Assembly: GCF_001194135.2 (NCBI RefSeq)
Contig: NC_068987.1
Coordinates: 44,578,508-44,630,786, forward strand
DNA: 52,279 nucleotides
DNA from: Octopus bimaculoides
Taxonomy: Eukaryota
Reading direction: 5' to 3'
Shown here in pieces: positions 21,901 to 35,875 of this stretch (within the stretch, counting starts at the first letter, position 1; each line of letters begins with the position of its first letter). Position numbers and translations under genes: made by a program. The notes below the pieces were generated by a model. It was given only the letters and a program-made list of their open reading frames with translations. It made no database searches and had not been told where the DNA came from.

Positions 21901-23283
21901 TGATATACTATGCTCAAGAAGACTCATCCGTCTCAGCAAAAATGAGATCCAAAAAGTATATCATTTATATCTGTGCTTCGACATCTAATCTGTAATTGTT
22001 GAGTATTTCCCCTATAACTCATTTTCTTAAAACCCATCCCTTCATCACTCTTTTAGCTACAGGGCTATTCACTCAGGTGCTGTAATTATATGAACCCCTT
22101 CTGTACAGTCAGTAATCCATCTCCTTGGAACCTCTTTTGTCACATTTACAATAATATCCCTTACCACTTCATTTTCCACTGAATACTCCTTTCCGTTGAA
22201 CACCTTATGATAGCTTAATATCTTATAAACAATGTCTGTTTTTTGTTTTGTTTTCTACATATACTCTGTGTAACACACAAACCTGTATTTCATAAGAAAG
22301 GATCCAATACATGAATGGATATATATATGCAGTTCTAAATATTGAATATTTGTCATACAATTTAAGCTTTTGAACAGCTGCATAAAAATGTGCCAATCTC
22401 TAATTGTGGGTGAATCTGTGTAAAAAGTAGACCCTGACAGACATAGGACAGAGTGATGAAGCATGATCTTCGCATGTAGGGTCTCACAGAGGCGATGACA
22501 AGTGATCATGACCTTTGGTGATTTGCTGTTCCTAAGATTCGTCAGGCAAGTTAAATCATAGTTGCGGCTGGTACTGGTGACATGTAACAGCACATATCCA
22601 GTGACACGTGAGAGCACCCATGCCAGTGACATGTAAGAGCACCAATGCTGTTAACACATAAGAGCATCTGTGCCAGTGACATGTAAAAGCACTCTTAGAG
22701 TGGTTGGCATTAGGAAGGGCATCCAGCCATAGAATTCAAACTGAAATCAGACTGGATCCTGGTACAAGTTTCCAGCTTGCTAGTTCCAGCCAAAAAGCGG
22801 ATGTTAAATGATGATGATGTTATATATATATATAAATGCAATAGAGGGCATTAAAACGTTTGGACAGATAGACGATACATAGGCAGACAAGAGAAACGAC
22901 AATTAGGACAAGCAAAAAAAGACAGGTCATTCTTGGCTTTCTTTCATCAGTCAAATCCCAGAAGTCACGACCATTTTGGGCAGTTACACTTGAGATGGTT
23001 TGATCTGGTTGTCCCCCAAAAAAGAGCATTAGAGCTCTTTTTAAGAAAGCTCTCGAATATGTACAGTAACAAAGACAAAAAAAAAACAAATAAACAAAAA
23101 GCGGAGAACATGGTACGCAATTACGAATACAAACAACAAGAAATAACAACAGGTGTCTTTCGACTGAGAACAATTCAAATTGAGCTGGCATGTATGAAGT
23201 GAAAGCCTAAAGGCAGGAACATGGGAGATGGACATGAGGTGTTGACGGTTGGCAGTTAGGCCAAGAAAGAAAGATCGTGTGTG

Positions 23284-23314
<31 letters not shown>

Positions 23315-24333
23315 GCACATTTATCATATCTTGATACTTTGTGGAATCCCTGTTGACAAGCCAATAATAAAGTGTTAAATAGTTATAGTATGCAAATTAA
23401 TAATTCCAGTTCTCAGAAGCTACTAGATTTGTTATGTATATAAACAGACTGACTGATTATTTCTATGGATTATGTCAAGTGATGAGACCCCAATGAAGTT
23501 GTTCATTACTTTTTCAATTTATGGAGTAGTAGTTAAATTTATCATCTTTTTATGTCTACTTTGTAAGTTTATATATATATATATGTTGTGGGGAGGTAAC
23601 TTCGTGCCAGGTGTTAAGATGATAAAGTATAAAGGCGAGATACATGGCTACCCCAGCAGGAATGGGAGAACATGATGGTGGAGCTGAAGTGTCCGGGCAT
23701 ATCCTCATGGTACAAGAAGGTGGATAAAGAGAGAATAGGAAGAATGATTCTAATTACATTCCCAGATGTCTAGATACCTATTTCCCGACATCCAACTGAC
23801 TCAAAACATGTTGAATTATGAAAAATAAAGTGTTTTGCTTTGAAACAACAAAAGATTTGTGATAGATTTGAAACCACAAACTGGGAGTTGGTAACTCAGT
23901 ACCTTATCTAATCAGCCATTTCACTTTGCTGTTGTTAACCCTTAAGCATTCAGATTACTCTGACAAATGTAATGGTTATTTATTCACATTGTTTTGAATT
24001 AATCATGCTTTATCTCAGTTTTAAGATTTTGGTGATGTGACTGTTTTATTCTTATACTGACATTGTAGGGTAGATTTGATCACTTTGAACATAAAACAAG
24101 TAGAATATTTTGGCTGGATATGACTAGTTTGAAAGCTAAAGGGTTAATGTAGTTATCAGAACTAGTTTTAGCATAATTTGACTAATTAAAACAAAGCCAA
24201 ATAATCTCTGTTTACAGATAACTGTCATTCTTTAGTCGAAAGAATTTTACACATATATTTCTCTGCTCTTCTTAAAATATTAAAAGTTGGAATGTTTTCT
24301 CATTTTTTACTCTTTTATACCTTACTATTTTAG

Positions 24334-24470
24334 ACCCTTCGAAAAGTTTTACTGATGACTCTCGACTCTCCCGGTTGATGCGACGTCTGCTCAAGGAGAG
24401 TGATAGAGACCGGCGTCTCAATGCTGCCAAACAGCTGAAAGATCATTTACATTCAACTGATGGAGTAAAA
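24334..24470 (+). CDS. SMG1: SMG1 exon 2 (DPSKSFTDDSRLSRLMRRLLKESDRDRRLNAAKQLKDHLHSTDGVK)
   Basis: TAG acceptor and GTAAGT donor; matches recalled human SMG1 SDESRLSNLLRRITREDDRDRRLATVKQLK. Confidence 0.95.
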
Positions 24471-26493
24471 GTAAGTTTAAATATTGTTTTATTTATATAT
24501 TTGTTTATTGTTTAGCCCCCATGAATTCCTCTTATTGAACAACACTATGATCAAAGATTCCACATTTTTTTGTCTTTTTACTTCTATCTAATGTCCTTCT
24601 TCCCTTTAAATCAGTAGGCTGTTATTTGAGATAGATTTTGTTAGTTTTAATTGGTTGAGTGTCAGTGTAGGGGGTTCTCTCTTTGGAGTTAAAGTTTAGT
24701 TTTTTTACGTAAATGATGGATGTCAGCATTTGCATATATGATAGTGATGGGGGGAGGGGGTTAAATTTTAGTTTCTCTTCCCCAACCATAGCAGTGGTAT
24801 TTATTTGTAGAATCATTTTCCCCTTGTCTTAATTGCACACCTGAGCTAAAATTTAAATGTCCATTTATGATCTCAGCAATTTATTGTGCAATTATGCATG
24901 AATGTAAAAACCATACACTTTAGTTAGACAAGATGTTTTCTAACTGCTTGCATATTGTTTGTATAAGGTTGCAAACTTGTTTCAAACCTGAAGCACAGGA
25001 AGTGCTATGTGTCACCTTGGGCAAGTGTCTTCTGCTGTAGTTAGTTCCAGGCTTGTGAGTGGATTTGGTAGATGGAAACTGAAAAATGCCCATCATTGTG
25101 TGTGTGCGTGTGTGTCTGTCCCCTTGTCTTGATATTGTTTGTCAGTCATTTCCAATGTTCAGCAAAAACATGACTGGCCAAGAGAAATATTACCTTGCTT
25201 AGAAACTGGTAAGGATTGATAACAGGAAAGCTATCTGGCTGTAGAAAATCTATATCTATAAGCTGTCTAACCCATGCAAGCATGGAAAAGTGAATGCTAA
25301 AGCAATGATGAAGATGAAATAGACACTAATTCAAGCCAACACTGCAAAATCTATTATGCTATTCTAAAGTCATGTCTCATCTTAAATTGTCCCATCTGAG
25401 TTGGATTAACTCAAATTCCACATGCACAGCCAATTTACCTGCATTCTGGTAGTGTTTTATTAGTCCAGCTTGTCAACTACTCAGAAATATTTGTACAATT
25501 GAGACTGATATGCATTGACTAAGTACACCATGTCTGTTTCTGCTTTAGTCTCCTGAAAGAGCTGTTATCATAGTCCTAGCCACCTGCAACACAAAAATGC
25601 AACAAATATTCACTGTCATGCTATACCACTACACCCAACCCTACTGACCATTATACAACAGTCTTCAGTGTTTTGTCCTTAGATTGATTGAAGTGTATCT
25701 TAGATGATGGACATGGGTTATTGTTTTGTCTAGCATAAACTGACTGGAATTGCCTAACGTTAACAGCAACAGTAACAAAGCCAATCCATTCTCAGGTAAT
25801 GGGAAACTGATATTCAGTTTGCAGTTTTTTTTTCTTTTTTTTTTCTGTGGATTACAGAATTTTCACATATCCAGTCCTTCACATACATATATAAACATAT
25901 GTAAAAAAAAATCTCATAGGAAGGGCATCCAGCTGTAGAAACTCTGCCAAATCAGATTGAAGCCTGGTGTAGCTACCTGGTCCATCAGTCCTCAGTCAAA
26001 TCATCCAACCCATGCTAGCATGGAAAGTGGACGTTAAACGATGATGATGATGATATATGAGTTGTTTTTTTGTTTTTTTTTTCCATTTGAAAAATCCCTC
26101 CTTTCTTTTCTGAAATGCTTTACCATAGTTTTGCCCATCTGCATATATTTTTCCTATTCTATTCAGGATGTAACAGAGGGCCAGGTAAGTTTAGAAGGAT
26201 TGCTAGTCAGTTTTTGTTTCTTTACTATACTAATTACAACAATTACTTAACATAGTTTGTTTTTCCTTTTTTGTATTCTCTCAACTTGCACTTGTTTGTT
26301 CACATGTTTTTCTTTGCTTTTTTTTTCTCTCTTCTACATACAAATGTGTATGCATGTGTGCACACACGGACACACGCATGCACAAATATAATCTTATCAG
26401 TTTAACCTTTTAGTATTCACTAGTTGATTACATTGGCCCCAGTACTTATTTCAGTTTGGTACTTATTTTTATCAGGCCACTAAGTTACAGGAC

Positions 26494-26525
<32 letters not shown>

Positions 26526-26759
26526 GCGAGAAAGGGTGAAACCTTGTTAAACTTGATATTACATAAACCAGATGAAATCTAAATTAAGAAAATGTCTATC
26601 AGTGTTGACTTTCCATGCTGTTTGTAGACTGGTTGAACTTGACACATTACTTTTGGTAGCTGGAAAGGGATTTGGCATATCTCAGTTGTATTCTTCTTAG
26701 TTACATCATTACATCACTTTCATATAAACACACTGAGTGCTCTATTTGTTGAACTTCAT

Positions 26760-27900
26760 ATCATGTACTTAGCATTCATTGACCTTGAGAAAGCCTTTGA
26801 CAAGATGACTTGGTCCCTCATCTGGTGGTCACTGTGAAAGCTAGGAGTAGATGAATGGCTAGTGAGAGCCATTCAAGCCATGTACAGAGATGTCTTTAGC
26901 AAAGTAAGAGTTAACAATAAGTACACTAGTGAATTCAATGTGCAGGTAGTTCATCAGGGTTCAGTTATCAGCCCCCTTTTATTTATCATAGTCCTCAAAG
27001 CCATATTGGAGGAACTTAAGACCAGTAGCTCATAGAAACACCTCTATGCTAATGACCTTGTTATAGCTGCAAGTGTAGAAGAATTAAAATTCCATATATG
27101 GAAGCACACCTAGACCCAAAGAGTCTTATGGTTAACTTAGCAAAAACTAAAGATCTAATTAGCAGGAAAACTGAATGAACACTAATCTTTTCAGGTAAAT
27201 GGTCCTGTTCTATATGTAGACAGGTGTAAGTAGAAATTCCATTCAGTGTGCTCAGTGCAAACTATTGACACATAAGTGGTGCTGTGGAATCAAAGGAAGG
27301 TTATCAGAAAAAGAATTTGTTTGTGACATATATGCAGGAGCAATAAATAAGAGCTCACTGGAAATAGATGTTCTGAAATACGCAGGAGGCTCCCTAAAAG
27401 TAGTAGATAGTTTCTGTTATCTAAGTGATGTAATTAGCAATGAAAGAAGATACTCTGAAAGTATAGTGCTAGAATACAAATTGGCTGGAGAAAGTTCAGA
27501 GATCTTGCATATCTGTTGGTAACAAAAGACCTCTCTGTCAGAAAGAAAGGCAGATTGTATGATGCCTCTGTACGAACAACAATACTACAGGACTGAAACT
27601 TGGGCTGTGAATGCAGAGGACATGTGGAGACTTGAAAGAAATGGAACACGTGTGCTCCAATGGATGTGCAATGTCAGTGTGCATGTACAGCAAAGCAGGG
27701 CATAGGAGGCATCAGAATTGGTGTGGAGGAGAGAAGATTGTGCTGGTATGGTCATGTGTTTTGGATGGATGAGGATAGCTGTGTAAAGAAGTACCGATTG
27801 CTAAACATGGAAGGAGCATGAGGAAGGGGTAGACTGATCTCAAGATGTGGAACCTCTTAGAGGAGATGACAGGGTACTGAGATGAAAGGCAGGTCTTCTC
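26760..27900 (+). mobile_element. Degenerate RTE RT fragment
   Basis: TACTTAGCATTCATTGACCTTGAGAAAGCCTTTGACA (FVDxEKAFD motif) and downstream similarity to the other RTE copies. Confidence 0.8.
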
Positions 27901-28734
27901 AAGCACAGCATAATGCCAATCTCAGTAGAATTGAGGCCCTGTCAAGCCTTCCTCCACAACTCCTCTTTTATTTCCTTCCCTTCCCCCTCTGCTGAACTGA
28001 TATCCTCTGCATCCAATTCATTCCCTATCTCTATTCATCTGTCACACTATTTTTACTCAGTGCACTTCCTATTCTCTCTCATATTCATGTTGTACCTGGA
28101 CCTCACATATCTTTCTTCCTCTCTCTTTTTCTCCTCACTTTCCAGGTGGGCAAGACATGTATTCACCTCTTCAGCAAGACACCTGCTCCTCTCTCAGTCT
28201 ATCATAGTTTCTGTCTCCAGTCTATACCCCACTCAATGGAGGGGTCTTATCTTGTGAGTCCTTGGTGACCTCACTAGGGCTGGTGCCACATAAAAGCACC
28301 CAATACATTCTGTTAAATGGTTGATGGCATCCAGCTGTAGAAACCATGCCAGCATGGAAAAAAGAACATTAAATGATGATGGTGATACATGATGGGCTTT
28401 CAGTTTCCATCCACCAAATTCACTTTGGTTGGCAAATAGAAGACATTTGATCAAGTACAATTCAAGTACTGCAGTCATTGTAATCAATTAAACCTTTTCA
28501 TTGGTTACTAAATGAGAAATAATTTCTACAAGATGAGCTGGTATATGATACTTTCACTTCAGACAAAATTCCTTCTGGTATTAAGTTAAAACCTTTAGTT
28601 TGGATACTGCTGAGTCATCTTTGCTTTTTGTCCTTCATGTGTTTATAATGTAAGCAGTGGTCATATACCGCTGTCAAACTGTCTTTACACCTACCAGAAG
28701 TTGCCTTGTGCTTATGTTAAATTATTATTGTAAA

Positions 28735-29615
28735 GCAGTGAGCTGGCAAAATCATTAGCACGCTGGGCAAAGTGCTTGGTGGCATTTTGTCTGTCTTTAC
28801 ATGCTGAGTTCAAATTTTGCCAGGGTCAACTTCATTGACCCTGAAAGGGTCAATAAATTAAATACCAATTGTGTACTGGGGTTGATATAATTGACTAGCC
28901 CCTCCAAAATTTGTGCTTTTATTAAAAAAAGGAGTATTTTTATTATTAAGAAGGCAAGAATCATCCACATACTGGACAAAATCTTGATATTTCATCTGGC
29001 TTTATGATCTGAGTTCAAATGATGCTGAGGTCAACTTTGACATTTGTCCTTTCAGAGTTGATAAAATAAGTACCAGCTGAGCACTGAGATGGATGTAATC
29101 AATTTCTCCCTCCCCATACAATCTCGGGCCTTGTGCTTGGCACATAATAAGCACCCGATGCACTCTGTAAAGTGGTTGGCATTAGGAAGAGCATCCAACT
29201 GTTGAAACCATGCCACAACAGACAACTGGAGTCTGGACAGCTCTCCAGCTGGCTGGCTCCTATCAAACAGTCCAACCCATGCCAGCATGGAAAACGTTAG
29301 ACGATGATGATGATTAAGATAGTAAGCTGGCAGAATCATTAGCATGTCAGACAAAATGCTGAGAGACTTTATTTTGAGATCTTTATGTTCCGGTTTCAAA
29401 TTGTATTGAGGTTAGCTTTCAAGATCAATAAAATACAGTACCAGTGAAGCACTGGCACCAGTGTAATCACTTCCCCAAATTTCCCAGGTGAAATGCTTAG
29501 CGGTATTTTGTCCGTCATTTTCACGTTGTGAATTCAAATTCTACTGAGATCGACTATATCTTTCGTAATCAACTATCCCACTCCTCCAAAATTCAGGCCT
29601 TGTACCTATATTAAA

Positions 29616-29651
<36 letters not shown>

Positions 29652-30101
29652 GGTGGCAGAATTGTTAGCATGCTGGACAAAATGCTTTGCGGTATTTTGC
29701 TACATTTTGAGTTCAAATTTCACCAAGGTCTCCTTCAACCTTTCATCCTTTCGGGGTTGTAAATTAAGTACCAGTGAATCACTAGGGTTGATGTAATCGA
29801 CTAGTCCTCTCTCCTCAAATTTCAGACCTTGTACCTATATTAAAATGGATTATTATTATTATTAAGGGGGCGAGCTGGCAGAATTGTTAGCATATTGGAC
29901 AAAATGCTTAGTGGCATTTCTTCCAGATGTTTACAGTCTGTTATAGTTCTGTCAAAGACAGCTTTGGTTTTCATTCTTCCACAGTCAATAAAATAAGTTG
30001 AACAGTGGGGTCAAATGTAATCTATCCCTCTTCCCCCAAATTTCAGACATTGTGCCTATAGTAGAAAGGACATTTATTATTAAATATTATTATTATTATT
30101 A
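28735..30101 (+). mobile_element. Cluster of about six tRNA-headed SINE copies, head-to-tail with (ATT)n tails, interrupted by an RTE-tail fragment
   Basis: Repeated head GAGCTGGCAGAAT(C/T)GTTAGC...GAGTTCAAAT near 28740, 28950, 29322, 29485, 29650 and 29865. Confidence 0.8.
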
Positions 30102-31916
30102 TTGGAGGTACAGTGTAGTTGTTAGTCTAAGGTGATCAGAAGCTATGTACATGTAAATAAATTGCAACCTGATCTCAGTCATTGAGTCCTGCTTGGAAGG
30201 TGTATTATTCTATTTCATGGTAGAGTGATTTATGATAATAGCAATATTGTAAATCCATCGGTTCTAATGATTTATACAAATGGCCTAATTTGTAAAATAG
30301 TGTCTTAACTAGCATGATGAAAGGCATTTCAATATTTTTTCATAGATAAATTTTGCTTTTCATCATTCTGATGTCTACTAGAAAATACAACTTTTGTGTC
30401 AGTTTGACTTAAGTCGCCAAAATCCTATCTCCACATTTTGTACTAGTGGAGAGAGACCAATTTTTTTTCCTCCCTTTTGATAATTTACGATAATTAACTT
30501 GCACCAAGATAAGCACTGACGTAGCTGTGTAAAGAAGCTTGCTTCCTGACCATGTCTTGTGTTCAGTCTCTTTATATGGCACCATGGGCAACTGGCTTTT
30601 ACTATAGCCCTGAACCAACCAATACCTTGTGAGCAGATTTTGTTGATGGAAAATGTCTCCATAATGCCACAAGATGTCTTAAAACTGCTGATCTTGGATA
30701 AAACTCAAACATATTGCACTTTTAAACTTCATCCACAACACCTGGGTTCTCTTTCTTTGTAGCCAGATATTTCAGTACTGCTTTCTCTGATTAAGTTGTT
30801 TTCTAAAGTGTCCTGCTTTCTGTCTTCACCACAGGGCATTATAATTTGTTAACTTTTCGGGGAACAAAAGGCAATTGGTGTTTTAGAATGTCCTAGAAAT
30901 GTGTTTGGTTTGAGCTTTTTATGGAAACTTGAAATAATACTACTATAGTATATCCTGTTTGTATACAGCATATACTAAAATAGTTGTTTGTATTGCATGT
31001 ATTGGTGTTGGTGTGAGCTTGTAATCGTATGCATACATAATGTGTTTGTATGTCACTTGTAGTAAAACTGAGAGCAACATAAACTAAACCGCAAATGTCC
31101 TTTTAGAAAACCAGCTGGTACAGCGAACATATAACTTGTTTCATAGAAAAGTAGCAGATTTGATATCTCACTCTGCATGTTTGGTTCAACAAGCATTACT
31201 TGAACACCCTTACTCACCCACCACCACCACACACATCTTTGTATCTTTATGGACTTCCACTTTCCTTTCTAAATTTTCCGACATTGACTACACTTCACCT
31301 CCTCTTCCCATGCCTTTTAGTTGTAGCTTTATAAGAAAGTGAGTGTCTCCTCTTACTACTACTACTACTACTACCACTTTTAATAGCTTTTTGTTTGGTG
31401 TTTCTTACTTATACAAAAGACATAAATCTGTTAGGATATACAGACTGTATTTATGCAGAGAAGATAAACTTTTTGCAAAGTGAGTGCATGACCTTGTTTT
31501 GATGTGTTGGTTGTAATTATTCTTACTTCCACTTCACATATTGTCAATGTCCTTTGAAGGTGCATGAGTGTCACAAATATTTTCTCCTCTTGGGTGACAA
31601 TAATTAAGCTAATCACACAAGAATGAATTATTGCTGATTGCAAAGAAGTTTGCACAGAAAATACAAACATTTCAATCATGCCTTTATTTCCCAGGTGTGA
31701 GCTTATGAAGTGTGTGTGTGTGTGTGTGTGTGTGTGAATATATATTTATGTATGTTTATATGTGTGTGTGTGTATACACTATATATTTGTTTATAACTAT
31801 ATGCATATATGTGTGTGTGTGTGTGTGTGTGCATGTATGAATGTATACACATTATATATGTTCATAAGTATATACATGTGTGTGTTTGTGCGCGCGCACA
31901 CGCACGCACACACACG

Positions 31917-31956
<40 letters not shown>

Positions 31957-32634
31957 TATCAAGGTGAAAACTAGTTCTCATCTGATACTGAAACCTAACT
32001 GCTATAAGCATTTCTTATTGGTGCAGGTGTGTCTTCTCAACTACAGGGATTTGGATTCAGTCTCACTGCATGGCACTTTGAGCAAGTGTCTTTTATTATA
32101 GCTCTGGGCCAATCAGATCCTTAAGAGGGAGTTTGATAGATGGGAACTGGGTGCAACACTATGACACTGAAGACCTATTCAGTACCCTTAATGTTTGTGC
32201 TTAACTCCATGTTACATTAGATGTAATCATCTGTACTTATGTTATACAGATTTGTGGCTGTGTATGTTAACACAATTCATTGGAATCTGGTTGTCTGAAT
32301 TCTGTGAGGATGGGAATATTTCAGAGTTGAGGGATGGCATATGTTTGTGTATGTTGATATGATTAACCTGGATTGGTTTGCTATATACATCAGGCATCAG
32401 CTCTGTGAGAAGAGCCAAGATCTATTTTCATGGTTGTAGACATGAGAGAGAGAGATGGTTGATTTTGGTTTACGGCAGAAGATTTCCGTTGAGGAAATAT
32501 AGATTAAAGAGTTCTTTCCTAGAAACACCATGCAACAGATTTGAATTCAATCACAATAGATCAATATCTTATGCTCATTAGCCATCTTGCCTCTGGTTTC
32601 ATTATTTTTATTTAGTTTTTATTTTAATGCTGCA

Positions 32635-35600
32635 ACCTTTTTCTTGGCTTACACCCCTCAGCCCGGGCTACCTGATGAACAGAAAGACTGATTTTATGAC
32701 ACCCTCTTGCAGACTACCTTGTCGACAAATAGACAGGGACCTTCTCTTTGTGGCTGGCAACTTCAATGGGTATGCTGGACAACATGCAGGGTTTTCCATG
32801 GCGTACATGGAGGCTATGGTTTTGGTTCCTGCAATGAGGAGGGAACCAAGCTGCTGGAGTTCTGCAATACAAATGATCTTATGGTTTGCAATACTAACTT
32901 CAGGAAACCTGCCAGCCACCTATTCACCTACTGATCTGGTGGACACACTAGTCAAATTGACTACATCCTTGCCAGGAAACCAGAAAGATGGCTACTTATA
33001 AATACCAAAACCTTCCCAGTTGAAGAATGTACCCCACAACTTAGATTAGTAGTTAGCGACTTCAGGATCAGGACTAAATGGATACCCAGAAGACGACCAG
33101 CATAGAGAAGAAGGGTCTGGAAGCTTAAAGATCCTGCGAATAGACAGAGATTTAGAGACATATTACTCAAAGCGTTTGATGAAATAGAACGGGATAAAGC
33201 ATCACATGATGTGGAAGACAGCTGCAGGTTCCTACTGGACAACCTGATTTGTGGATGGTGCAAAGTCCCCTCTCAACCCAGGATAACGTGGTGGTGAAAC
33301 AATGTAGTTGACAAGGCCATTAATGAAAAAAAACAGGCATGGAAGGACTGGAAGAACGGTGGTAGCAGGGAGTTATATCAGATTGCCAGAAGGGAAGCTA
33401 GAAGACATGTTTACTTAGCCAGAAGGGAAGCATATAAGAAAAAATTTGCCATTGTTCTGTGTTGTGAGGACCAAAGGCTTGAAGTGTTTCATGTTGCAAG
33501 ACAGTGTGTGAGAGAAAATCATGATGTCATAGGAGAGAAATGTGTTCGCATGGATGATGGTTCACTTGCATTTAATGAGGCTGCAAAGAAAGAGGTTTCG
33601 AGACGCCACTACGAAAGGTTGCTCAATAAAGAGAATGAATGGGAGAAAGAGTCTGCCGAATGTCGACCTAACAGAGGGACCAGCTATCTGAGTTGACAGT
33701 ACCATGATAGATAAAGCAATTAAGAGTATGAAGACAGGGGAAGCCCCCGGCCCATCAGGAATCACCGTAGAGATGCTTAAAATATCTGGTGGTGTCAGCT
33801 ATAGTTTAGTCACCTGTATAGTCAATCAGGTGATACATAAAGGAGTCGTAACCAATGACTGGTGTATTAGCACCATAGTCGACTGCTAAAAAGGTAAAGG
33901 TGATGCATTAAATACAAATAATTACAGAGGTATCAAGCTGTTGGATCAGGTAATGAAAGTCACAGAGAAGGTCATAGCCCAACTAATTAGCAAGATCATC
34001 AGTATACAGAAGCTCCCAGGAGCAACCTGTCTTGAATTCCTCTGTTATTGCCTGGAGGACTATGATGAATAAGTTAGTTTAGACAAGATGCAGTTTAGGT
34101 TTGTGCTAGGGAAAAGCACCACTGATGCTATATTTGTGGTAAGACAGTTGCAGGAGAAATACCTAGCCAAAGATAAACGTCTGTACTTGGCTTTTGTTGA
34201 CATGGAGAAAGCCTTTGACAGGGCTCCCCAATCCCTTATCTGGTGGTCAATGAGGAAACTAGGGATAGAAGAATGGTTAGTGAGAGCTGTACAAGCCATG
34301 TACAGGGATGCGGTCAGTAAGTTGAGGGTTGACAACAAGTATAGTGAAGAATTCCGAGTAGGGGTCAACCAAGAATCAGTCCTCAGCCCCCTCTTATTCA
34401 TCATAGTCCTCCAGGCAATAACAGAGGAATTCAAGACAGGATGCTCCTGGGAGCTTCTCTATACTGATGACTTTGCTCTAATAGCTGAGTCACTATCAGA
34501 ACTAGAGGTGAAGTTTCGGGTGTGGAAGCAAGATGTAGAATCAAAGGGCCTTACGGTTAACCTAGCAAAAACCAAAATCTTTTAAGTAGGAGGGCAGACA
34601 AATAACAAATCCCTTCAGGTAGATGGCCCTGCTTGATCTGTAGAAAAGGCTTAAGTAGAAACTCCATAATATGTGCCCAGTGTAAGCTATGGACACATAA
34701 GGGGTGCAGCAATATCAAAGGAAGGCTAACAGTGTTTATTGCTCAGGGGCAATAAACACTGAAAATGTGCAGAAAACCGCTTCCATCACATGCCAGGGAG
34801 AGAAACTAGAAGTAGTTGATAGCTTCCGTTACCTAGGTGACCAAGACAGTATCGGGGGTGGATGCTCTGAGAGTGTAGCTGCTAGAATAAGAATAGCCTG
34901 GGCAAAGTTCAGAGAGCTCCTACCTCTGCTGGTGACAAAGGGCCTCTTGCTCAGAGTAAAAGTTAGACTATATAACACATGTGTGTGAACAGCCATGCTA
35001 CATGGCAGTGAAGCATGGGCCATGACTGCTGAGGACATGTGTAAGCTTGCAAGGAATGAAGCTAGTTTGCTCTGCTGCATGTGTAATGTCAGAGTGCATA
35101 CACAATAGAGTGTAAGCGTCCTAAGAGAAAAGTTGAACATAAGAAGCATCAGATGTGTGTGCAAGAGAGATGACTGCGCTGGTATGGTCATGTATTGCAC
35201 GTGGATGAGGACAGCTGTGTGAAAAAGTGTCATACCCTAGCAGTAGAGGGAACCTTTGGAAGAGGTAGACTCAGGAAGACCTGAGATGAGCTGATGAAGT
35301 ACGACCTTCGAACATTGGGCCTCATCAAGGTGATGACAAGTGACCGAGACCTTTGGAGATATGATTTGCTTGAGAAAACCCGGCAAGCCAAGTGAGACCG
35401 TGACCGTGGCCTATGCCAATACAGCACAACCAGCCCATTTAAGAGTACCCTTCAATCATCGGACAATAAACTGCGCTTGCGAAGACCTTTTGAGGCAAGT
35501 GAAATTGTTGTTGTGGCCGATGCCAGTGCTGCCTTACTAACTCCCATGCCAGTGACACGTAAAAAGCATAATTCAAGCGTGGTCAATGCTAGTGCTGCCT

Positions 35601-35875
35601 GACTGGCTCCAGTGCCAGTGGCACATAAAAGGCACCATTCAAGCGTCGTTGATGCCAGTACTGCCTGACTGGCACTCGTGCCAGTAGCACATAAAAAGCA
35701 CCCACTACACTCTTGGAGGAGTTGGCATTAGGAAGGGCATCCAGCTGTAGAAACTTTACCAGAGCGGATTGGAGCTTGCTGCAGTCTTCTGGCTTGCCAG
35801 CCCTTAGTCAAACCATCCAACCCATGCCAGCATGGAAAGCAGATATTAAATGACGATTAGGATGATGATGATGAC
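32635..35875 (+). mobile_element. Longest RTE-clade LINE copy (APE EN, RT, Cys-rich insert, repetitive 3'UTR, (GAT)n tail), inactivated
   Basis: VAGNFNG...NEEGTKLLEFC...QIDYIL; FVDMEKAFDR; LSPLLFII; LLYTDD; in-frame stops and frameshifts. Confidence 0.93.

Noticed and set aside
22900-22960. Minus-strand CTGATGA in an unclassified repeat-like block (22820-23280)
   Set aside because: No GAAA or stems at the right spacing; cannot be called a hammerhead.
28740-28830. tRNA genes
   Set aside because: A/B-box-like heads belong to SINEs; no complete cloverleaf.
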